Shown in pieces: positions 15,701 through 27,700 of a DNA stretch of 64,000 bases. The DNA is taken from positions 10,788,001 through 10,852,000 of the forward strand of contig CM074515.1 in assembly GCA_037379345.1 (NCBI GenBank), written 5' to 3'. The translations under genes were made by a program, and so were the position numbers. The first letter of the stretch is position 1. Each line of letters opens with the position of its first letter. Under the pieces are notes generated by a model. That model worked only from the letters and a program-made list of their open reading frames with translations, was not told where the DNA came from and made no database searches. The DNA is from Perna viridis (taxonomy: Eukaryota).

Positions 15701-18700
15701 GTGGGAATTATATGAATAAGGAAAAAAGGTATTATAAAGCACACACAATTAAATAAGACTTGGATGTGACCAATCATTTCAATAAAATTTGTATTTCCTT
15801 TTTTCAGAGTTTGATTTTTCCATACAAGCCAAATGGTCGTTATTCAGTGAAGCCTGATGGAACTTTACAGATTGACAATGTACAATCTAATGATGTTGGA
15901 GAGTATGAGTGTGAGGCTCTCAACACTGTCGGCACAGCATCAGCATCTGTTCAACTTAAAGTCAGGGGTAAATAATGTCAAACAATGTTATAGTACTTGA
16001 CAGGGGTCAAAAATTATAAAAATCAGGTTAGCCTTTTGAGCATTTAATGGAGAAGTTTTATGAATGGAAGGGTTAGTTATTGATTAACTTAGAAAAATAT
16101 CCATCTGTCAAGCATTTAATGTTTTCATTGTAAAGTAAGGAAGTGGAATTATTCAGAGAATTATCGTCAATTGAATGAAATGGTTTTTTTTTTAGTTATA
16201 CCAAGTGTTGTAAGGGGGATAACTCATTTCATTTAACTTATTTCTTATTGATCTATCTACTTTCAAACAATTTTTTTTTTAAATGTTTTGTAGAAAATGA
16301 TTCCAGGCCTCCTCCAATCATTAGAATTGGACCACAGAATCAGACCCTGGCTACAGATGAGACTGCCTTTCTCCACTGTGATGCTATTGGTAACCCTACA
16401 CCGACCATCCGCTGGTATAAAAATGGCAATATTTTGTCCCCTGATGATGTTAGAATACAGCAGAAATCTACTGGAACTTTACAAATATCAGGTACTGATG
16501 AGGGATTATTACTGATTACAGTGTTTCATTTCATTTGTTCTCTTTTTGCAGTAGAACATACGATAAGGATTGTTTAATATTGCTCCTAAAAATGTAATCC
16601 TTATTCACTTTATTTCAGGACTAAGTGTTTCTGATACAGGGATGTATGCATGTAAAGCAAGCAGTGAGACAGGGGAAACAACTTGGTCATCTAGTTTAGT
16701 TGTTAGAGGTACATTCAGGCAAATTTAGATCTAGCATAATCATTAATGATAAAACCTTGAGTAATCACTAAATTCATCAATTAAAATCTAATAAAAATAA
16801 TGTATAATGATTCAAATTCATTTTGTGTAGTGTTTAAAATTGTTGAATATGGAAAAATATGAATTAAAAAAACTGCAAAGAAAAATTTTTGTGAAGTTTT
16901 TGTAAAAAATCATACATTGTGTTTCTTGTTACAGTACCTGATGGCAGTTCAGTATTATTTCACCGAACACAGGATCCAAAATACTTTCCAGGACCTCCAT
17001 CTCAACCTGTAGCCATTGAGGTCAAGGACACATCCATCATGTTGTCTTGGAAACCGAACAGTAACTCCGGAGCCTCTCCAGTTTTTGCTTACATTATTGA
17101 GTATTTCAGTCATGAGACCACAGATGTGAGTTTTCCAATTTAACTTTTACCATTATTTATGTATTGTTAACCCTGTTCTTACACTGAATTGTAGAAAGTT
17201 ATAATTTTCATTAATATAATATACTTCCATTTCCATTCCTTTTCACTTGTTTGTTGTAAAAGATAAATCTATTTAGCAATGTGATCATGACTTGCTATCT
17301 AGTTGTGTCTATTATGCTGTGATCTGTTTTGGGTAACTATTGACTAGGTTCTGCTGAATCAAGGTTACAGTTGTCTCTTTTCTGTTTTCAGGGTTGGGTA
17401 GTAGTAAAGGAGACAGTTCAGAAAGAGACACATACAGTTCATAATCTTCAGCCAGAGACACCGTATGTCTTCCTTGTAAAGGCCCAGAACTCTCATGGCA
17501 TTGGTGTACCTAGTCCTATCAGTCAAATTATCTCCACTAAACGTAAGTAGACGAGGCAAATATTGTTGTATAGGTGTACCTTGTCCTATCAGTCAAATAA
17601 TCTCCACTAAACGTAAGTAGACAATACAATATTGTCATATTGGTGTACCTTGTCCAATTAGGAAAGTAATTTATATGAAGCATAAGTGTCTAGACATATA
17701 TAGTATTACAGTCGAACTTCACTCGCTCGAACTCGGATGGCTCGAACACCCGGGATTTCTCGAACACAATTCAAAGTACCAAAATTTTCTCCTATATAAT
17801 TAATATAAATAACCTTGGATTTCTCGAATTTTGATTTCTCGAAAACTTGAACTTACTAGTCGGTCCGTTCGGTAATAAATGTTAGAGAATAACCCTCACT
17901 AACTCAAACTTGTCAGCCATTTTGTCAGCTTGGGTAATAAAAAGTGTGAAAAACTGAAACCCTATCACTAATCAATGTCATTTTAGTTAATTACAGGTAA
18001 TATTTAAGTCATCACTAATTAGGTAGTTTTGATCTTAACATAAAACTAATTGAAGTTCTAGAATGTTCCGAAGTCGGTATAATGAAACCATGAAAAAAAA
18101 ATCGGATGAAAACAAATTATTGACCAATGAACCTGCACTCTGGACATTTTTAAAAGAAAACTCAGCATTTTTAATGTCCACAAGTCGACATACTCTTTCG
18201 AAAGCGAACGAAAAAGACCCAGGAACTAACACAACTTCGAAGAAAGTAAGCAATTTGTAATGATGAAGTCGAACTCGGACCAGCAACGAAAGAAATCCGG
18301 AAATATACGAACTTCAATTTCTGGAACTCCCGATAACTCTAATTTCAGTGATCCCTTGGAGTTGGAGCTACGGAGGTTCGACTGTATTTGACATAATCCT
18401 TCCAGTTTTATTAGATCAAAATGATTTAAATGGTAATTAATTTCATTTGTAAATCTTCAATTGTCTAAAATAATATACTGAAATGTGTAAAAATGGTTAA
18501 TTAGTTTTAATAAGACACCAATTAGGTATACACTATAATGAAATATAACTATCTAAATAAGACACCAGTTAGACATACACTATAATGAATTATAACTATC
18601 TAAATAAGACACCAGTTAGGTATACACTATAATGAATTATAACTGTCTTAATAAGACACTAGTTAGGTATACACTATAATGAATTATAACTGTCTAAATA

Positions 18701-21700
18701 AGACACCAGTTAGTGTATACACTATAATGAATTATAACTGTCTAAATAAGACACCAGTTAGTGTATACACTATAATGAATTATAACTGTCTAAATAAGAC
18801 ACCAGTTAGGTATACACTATAATGAATTATAACTGTCTAAATAAGACACCAGTTAGTGTATACCTATCTAAATAAGACACCAATTAGGTATACACTATAA
18901 TGAATTATAACTGTCTTAATAAGACACCAGTTAGGTATACACTATAATGAATTATAACTGTCTAAATAAGACACCAGTTAGGTATACACTATAATGAATT
19001 ATAACTGTCTAAATAAGACACCAGTTAGTGTATACCTATCTAAATAAGACACCAATTAGGTATACACTATAATGAATTATGACTGTCTTAATAAGACACC
19101 AGTTAGGTATACACTATAATGAATTATAACTGTCTAAATAAGACACCAGTTAGGTATACTCTATAATGAATTATAACTGTCTTAATGAGACACCAGTTAG
19201 TGTATACACTATAATGAATTATAACTGTCTTAATAAGACACCAGTTAGGTATACACTATAATGAATTATAACTGTCTAAATAAGACACCAGTTAGGTATA
19301 CACTATAATGAATTATAACTGTCTAACTAAGACACCAGTTAGGTATACACTATAATGAATTATAACTGTCTAAATAAGACACCAGTTAGTGTATACCTAT
19401 CTAAATAAGACACCAATTAGGTATACACTATAACGAATGATAACTGTCTTAATAAGACACCAGTTAGGTATACACTATAATGAATTATAACTGTCTAAAT
19501 AAGACACCAGTTAGGTATACACTATAATGAATTATAACTGTCTAAATAAGACACCAGTTAGGTATACACTATAATGAATTATAACTGTCTTAATGAGCCA
19601 CCAGTTAGTGTATACACTATAATGAATTATAACTGTCTTAATAAGACACCAGTTAGGTATACACTATAATGAATTATAACTGTCTAAATAAGACACCAGT
19701 TAGGTATACACTATAATGAATTATAACTGTCTAACTAAGACACCAGTTAGGTATACACTATAATGAATTATAACTGTCTAAATAAGACACCAGTTAGTGT
19801 ATACCTATCTAAATAAGACACCAATTAGGTATACACTATAACGAATGATAACTGTCTTAATAAGACACCAGTTAGGTATACACTATAATGAATTATAACT
19901 GTCTAAATAAGACACCAGTTAGGTATACACTATAATGAATTATAACTGTCTAAATAAGACACCAGTTAGGTATACACTATAATGAATTATAACTGTCTAA
20001 ATAAGACACCAGTTAGGTATACACTATAATGAATTATAACTGTCTAAATAAGACACCAGTTAGGTATACACTATAATGAATTATAACTGTCTAAATAAGA
20101 CACCAGTTAGGTATACACTATAATGAATTATAACTGTCTAAATAAGACACCAGTTAGTGTATACACTATAATGAATTATAACTCTCTAAATAAGACACCA
20201 GTTGGTGTATACCTATCTAAATAAGACACCAATTAGGTATACACTATAATGAATTATAACTGTCTTAATAAGACACCAGTTAGGTATACACTATAATGAA
20301 TTATAACTGTCTAAATAAGACACCAGTTAGGTATACACTATAATGAATTATAACTGTCTAAATAAGACACTAGTTAGGTATACACTATAATGAATTATAA
20401 CTGTCTTAATAAGACACCAGTTAGTGTATACACTATAATGAATTATAACTGTCTAAATAAGACACCAGTTAGGTATACACTATAATGAATTATAACTATC
20501 TAAATAAGACACCAGTTAGTGTATACACTATACTGAATTATAACTGTCTTAATAAGACACCAGTTAGTGTATACACTATAATGAATTATAACTGTCTTAA
20601 TAAGACACCAGTTAGGTATACACTATAATGAATTATAACTGTCTAAATAAGACACCAGTTAGGTATACACTATAATGAATTATAACTGTCTAAATAAGAC
20701 ACCAGTTAGTGTATACCTATCTAAATAAGACACCAGTTAGGTATACACTATAATGAATTATAACTGTCTAAATAAGACACCAGTTAGTGTATACCTATCT
20801 AAATAAGACACCAATTAGGTATACACTATAATGAATTATAACTGTCTTAATAAGACACCAGTTAGTGTATACACTATAATGAATTATAACTGTCTAAATA
20901 AGACACCAGTTAGGTATACACTATAATGAATTATAACTGTCTAAATAAGACACCAGTTAGGTATACACTATAATGAATTATAACTGTCTAAATAAGACAC
21001 CAGTTAGGTATACACTATAATGAATTATAACTGTCTAAATAAGACACCAGTTAGGTATACACTATAATGAATTATAACTGTCTAAATAAGACACCAGTTA
21101 GTGTATACACTATAATGAATTATAACTCTCTAAATAAGACACCAGTTGGTGTATACCTATCTAAATAAGACACCAATTAGGTATACACTATAATGAATTA
21201 TAACTGTCTTAATAAGACACCAGTTAGGTATACACTATAATGAATTATAACTGTCTAAATAAGACACCAGTTAGGTATACACTATAATGAATTATAACTG
21301 TCTAAATAAGACACTAGTTAGGTATACACTATAATGAATTATAACTGTCTTAATAAGACACCAGTTAGTGTATACACTATAATGAATTATAACTGTCTAA
21401 ATAAGACACCAGTTAGGTATACACTATAATGAATTATAACTATCTAAATAAGACACCAGTTAGTGTATACACTATACTGAATTATAACTGTCTTAATAAG
21501 ACACCAGTTAGTGTATACACTATAATGAATTATAACTGTCTTAATAAGACACCAGTTAGGTATACACTATAATGAATTATAACTGTCTAAATAAGACACC
21601 AGTTAGGTATACACTATAATGAATTATAACTGTCTAAATAAGACACCAGTTAGGTATACACTATAATGAATTATAACTGTCTAAATAAGACACCAGTTAG

Positions 21701-24700
21701 GTATACACTATAATGAATTATAACTGTCTAAATAAGACACCAGTTAGTGTATACCTATCTAAATAAGACACCAGTTAGGTATACACTATAATGAATTATA
21801 ACTGTCTAAATAAGACACCAGTTAGTGTATACCTATCTAAATAAGACACCAATTAGGTATACACTATAATGAATTATAACTGTCTTAATAAGACACCAGT
21901 TAGTGTATACACTATAATGAATTATAACTGTCTAAATAAGACACCAGTTAGGTATACACTATAATGAATTATAACTATCTAAATAAGACACCAGTTAGTG
22001 TATACACTATAATGAATTATAACTGTCTTAATAAGACACCAGTTAGTGTATACACTATAATGAATTATAACTGTCTAAATAAGACACCAGTTAGGTATAC
22101 ACTATAATGAATTATAACTGTCTAAATAAGACACCAGTTAGGTATACACTATAATGAATTATAACTGTCTAAATAAGACACCAGTTAGTGTATACCTATC
22201 TAAATAAGACACCAGTTAGGTATACACTATAATGAATTATAACTGTCTAAATAAGACACCAGTTAGTGTATACCTATCTAAATAAGACACCAATTAGGTA
22301 TACACTATAATGAATTATAACTATCTAGATTTTTGTTCTTTGTTATAGGATTCCATGTTTTTGAACCCAGGATAAACAAGGATGAGATTCGTACCAGAAT
22401 GAGTGGAATAGTTGTTCAAATAGAGAATAGTGGATCAGTAAACTCAAGTGCTATCTGGTTTGAATGGAAGGTGTGTACTAGTTGTTATTATAAATAATGC
22501 ATGCTTAACACTTGTTTTGTTTTATGATATTGATGCTTGGATAATAAACAATGGAACAACAGAATGGTTTACATCAAGATCACTCTCCATTATAAAGACT
22601 ACATAGATGAAAATTTGAACACTTCAATAGTTGTTCCAATGGTGATTTATTTGATTTTTCTTCATTCCAGCCTGTCAAAGAACCTGAACTGATCCAACAC
22701 TATGAGATAGTGTACAAACGTTTGTTCAACCTAGAGGACGAGACAGTAGGACAAACAAGGAGCATCCTGGTAACTCGCAAGGCAGCTCACAGTAGGACAG
22801 AATCATACACCATCACAGGTCTTAAGAGCCATGCATGGTACAAGATCTGTGTTCGAGCATTCAATGCTGATATCGGATCACAGTGTAGTAACTCTGTCAT
22901 TGTTCGTACAAATGAGTCTGTGCCCACTGAACCACCTCAAAACATTGTAATAAGTAAAGATGGGAAGACACGGGTGTTTGTACAATGGCTACCTCCTCCA
23001 GACCTCTACAGGAATGGTGATATAAGAGGTTATGAGGTATATTATTGAAAATTTCAATTTTTAATTTCTTTAATTTTGTTTGAAAAAAAAATAATATTAG
23101 GAAATTCCTTGCTTGATTTGAGTTAAGACTTCAAATATAATTTTTAAAATTGTGACATTCTACTCATTTTGATATTGAAGGAAGACTGTGAATTAAGTAC
23201 TAACTTAAATAGAGTAATGTTTTTAACACCCTTTTGAAGAGTTTCTTCATATCATTTTTTTACTGCATGATGATAATGAAATAATTTATTTAGGAACAAA
23301 ATGGTGTTGTTACCCCCATGTAACAGGTCAAAATTGTACATTGTATTTAAGCAATTTTTCTGCATTTTGGGATTTCACTTTGTCCTTTGTTCACTTTCAG
23401 ATAAAGTGTATAAGTGATGACGGGAAACATGACCTGAGTGTCAGTATTAATGGAACCAGGAATAAATACACCATTGTTAATCTGATGGAGGACATGACTT
23501 ACTCTATACAGATGGCAGCTCGTACAAGTAAAGGGGTTGGAGTCTGGAGTAAACCTTATGTTGTAGGTGAGTAAATGCTGGATACAGATGGCAGCTTGTA
23601 CAAGTAAAGGGGTTGGAGTCTGGAGTAAGCCTTATGTTGTAGGTGAGTAAATACTGGATAGAGATGGCAGTTCATCCTAGTAGAGGGGTCAAAGTCTGCA
23701 GTAAACTTTATGTTGTTGGTGAGTTAATGCGCAATACAGATGGCAGTTCATACTAGTAGAAGTGTCAAAGTCTTCAGTAAACTTTATGTTGTAGGTGAGT
23801 TAATGCTTAATACAGATGTCAGCTTGCACTATTGAGTAGGTCTGAGTTGTTAGTGAAAATGCACTTATATGTTTTTAGTGTGAAGAATATAGTCAGTTTT
23901 GATGAAATTTACATAAATGGTGGCTAACATCAGTACAGAGATGAAAAATTCTAAAATCTGATGTTACAAATATTTTTTCTACTGATCAGATTAAAATGGC
24001 TATGGGAGAGTTTTTTCTGTCTGTCAGACTGTCTGTTCTTGTAAATGTGTAAAAGTAGGGATAGCAATGATGGAAATTTTAGCCTTTTAGTGTAAAGTAC
24101 CTTTGTTTGCCATTTGACAGTCTCATTCTGAAATCATGATGACAAAGATTGGGTGAAATAACAATGTCATTGATCCAGAAGTGTTTCTCTCATTTTGATA
24201 TAATTCCTGTCCTAAAATCTTGATTAACAGATGTTCTGAAGGTTCTTATTTCAATTGATTCAAATTAAAAGACCATGGCAGTTGTCAATGATATAATAAA
24301 TACCATATAATTCCACTTAAAAGGTTACAAACTGAAGGACAATGTTAAGTTTATGTTGCAGTCTTAGTTTGATGTTTGGATAACAAAATTGCAGTAACTA
24401 TATCCTGAAGTTAAAAATGGTCTGAAAAAATGTGTTAAGGTTATATAGGTCAACTTGTATTATGTCTGAACCCTTCATTTAATGAGAAAAATATGATTAA
24501 TTTTTCTGATGTGCAATAAAAAGGAAATTAAAAAAAATGATTGTTTGATAAAAGTGGGATAATATTCTGTCGTTATTTTAATGGAGTTTTACAGTTGTAA
24601 AGTGATAATCTTTCTATTGAATAATTTATGACCATATTTTTGCATAAGTAAATTGGATTTGCTAATTGCTTTAGCAATTAAATCTTTGTAACAATGTGTT

Positions 24701-27700
24701 TATTCACCAATAATGACATTATATTAATTTTCATTCTTAGTAGCATCTTTTTTGTCTCTCTATTAAGATGCGAATTAGTTTAATGCCTGCAGCAGAAATG
24801 GCCTATCCATCCATTTGATCCAACAGACATTATTTTCTCATTTTTCGCCAAGATTGGGTTACAGAGACTGTATTAATAGCATAACAAAGAAATCGTGGAC
24901 AGATTTGGTTTTTATTTGATGTCTCTTTTAATGAAATGTGTCTCCTGACAATTCAGTAATAATTGAGGAAATTTGCAAAATGATTGTTTTCAGATTCAAG
25001 TTCTAACAGCCTTGTCATTTGAGTCTTAGTTGTTTCTTTATTGCCATTTCGAAGAAATGTAGGATATATTTAACTTAATACAAAAACCATGCCTTTTATG
25101 GATTTGTGAATTAGAGGTTTATGCTCAAGATCTGAATTGAAATTCTGTTCAAAACTTAAAGTAAAAGGAGAAATGAAGATGTATTCTGTAACATTTCCTA
25201 ACAGATCTTTTTTAGAACAGTGTTTTCTCTATTTACTCATCCGACTAAGCAAATCTTGACTAAAATTCCACCTTATTTATCTTATAGTAAATATTTTGGC
25301 TGAATCTGATTAAATAATTCTGAAATTCGAGGACCAGAAATGATTAATCTGAAAAATATTCCCTTAGTTCATAATGAGTTGTTGTTATTCAAGAACCATT
25401 GTTCAAAACAGGCCCCCATCAATTTTCAAAAGTAATCAGAATGTATTCAATTTAATGGATCAGTACAAATGCCCGGACAATTAAAAGATTTAGACAAAGA
25501 AAATATTTCACCTCATGACACACTGCAGCGACACCGTTTCTAAACGATTCCATTATTCAACTTAAACGTGATAAATTGTTCAGAAATAAAAACATTACGA
25601 CTCTATTCATGTCCAGGATTGTGATTTCATTGTAAACTTCAATTGCCTCCGCAATTTAATTGATGGTGGCGTTAACTAATTATGGAACCACAAATTTTCA
25701 CAATCCTGGAAATTGTAAAGTCTATTAATGTTTTCTTTAGATTTTAATCAGGGAATTGCTGCCGTGAAAAATGACATTAGAATATGTGGATGTTCCCCAA
25801 AAGAGAAACAACCTCTTTAAGAACTCTTAAACCAGAGCAGTCGTTAGCATGATAATTGTATTACACATCTGTTCAGTAGTTGACATTTTAGGGCATTAAA
25901 TTTAATATCTCTCCTTCTAGCTGAACTTAAAATGGCGTGCAGAAAAAATGTCCAATCGTGCTGCTAGCTCATTGTTATTAGGTTCATTACGACACTACAA
26001 TCAATTAGGTTTTTATAAAGCTTGGAGGTATTTTAGTCATTAAACGTCTGATACTTCCTTTACACAATGATAGAGGTATATTACCCTGCCTGGTTTAGTT
26101 TGGAGATTGTAGTCTTAACATTATTAATGCCATCTTCTCCTGCCTCTGGGTCATCGTTATGGTAACATCCATTCTTTGTTTCCTTCACACTTGATCTTTT
26201 AAACAAGTGATGTGCACTTGCATCTCTATGACCATGTTTCTTAAGGCTTTTTTTGCCATTCGTGATTTTAATCAAATGGAATTTGGTTATTTAATCTTTC
26301 AAAAGAATAGGATACAAAAATTTATAATAAAGATACAAATTGAAATGACTCATAATGCTAACTGTTTTCTTGAATGATCAAATGTCTTTGAAATCATTTC
26401 CAAGCTCTGGGGTATACATGTTCACAAAATTAAAAGTATTTAGATCATTCTTGTAAAAGAACCAAAGAGAAGATGACTTTGTTCAAAATTGTGCAAATTA
26501 TGTTTAATGAAAAGATATAAATGCTACAAAATTTGTATGAGGCTTAATTTTCAAGACATTATTATATTTATTGTAAAAATTTGAAGGCCTGCAATTTCTG
26601 ATAACATAAAAACAACTTGTGCACTTTTCATTATAGGACCAGAGCAGCCAAGTTTGATGGAGGAACCATGGTTTATTGGAGTACTGATTGGTGTAGTCGG
26701 TGGTACTCTGTGGTTGGCCTTATGTATCTTCAGCATCTGGTTGTGTAAGAAAAGAAAGAGTAAGAAGAAAATGATGCAGAATGGACTCTACACAGGTAAC
26801 TCAACAATTGGTTGCTATGGTAATAGTGAGTAGGGGATTGGTACTCTAGCTGTAGATTTCTTGGTATGCGATGCAAATTCACAAATAAAAAAGTTTGGTC
26901 AAGAGATTTGTTAAGTAGTGATTTTGTTACTGTACTTTTTTCTTAATTCTTTTGACTTGCAGACCTTGATAAGAAGGAAAGTTTGAAAAGTAGAATTATA
27001 TTTTCTTCCATTTAACTTGTTTGTTCCTATATAATAAACATAGCTTTGGACGTTATGTTTTTTTTTTATGTTTTTGCCTTTTTTTCTTTCACTAAAAAGT
27101 ATTTGTTAATATGGATTTTTACTTACATTTTCAGTTCCTATGCATAAAGGTGAAGATCGTCCTTGTACTACATTCTATAGAAATGGATATAATGAAAAAG
27201 ATTCACGTAAGTATACAATCATTTAGCTGATAAGTAATCAGGTTATATGACAAAACATTGATAATGCAGATAATAGTATCACAATGTTAATTAACTATAC
27301 TGAGTGGCTGAGATTAAGTCAGAAACAGAGGCGGTCGTACTGCAATTTTCAAAATAATCCACAAAAGAAGAAAAAAATTCTGAAAATGGAAGAATAAATC
27401 AGTCATCATAGTACTGATCTACAGGCTGGAGTTATAACTATGAGGAAGTTACTGTTGCCTTATTGCAAGATAACATTTTAAGAAATGACAGGTTGTCATG
27501 CTATGACATAAAGCTGACAATACAGATTAACATACATTAACTATGGATAAAATTGTAGTGAAATAAACTGCTGGTTTTTTGTCTGATCTTCTGAATCAAT
27601 TCACAGTAAGATGTTAGTGAAATCTGTTGAAGAAAAAGTTACAAGAAGTTAAAATAAGTGATATTTTCTGGTAACATGCCCCATTAATGTTTGTTAAATC

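Noticed and set aside
18035-18286. ORFs inside the intronic MITE as transposase
   Set aside because: Short, with no DDE or HTH motif.
18507-22327. CRISPR-like array
   Set aside because: Head-to-tail repeats with no unique spacers, in a eukaryotic intron, with no cas genes.
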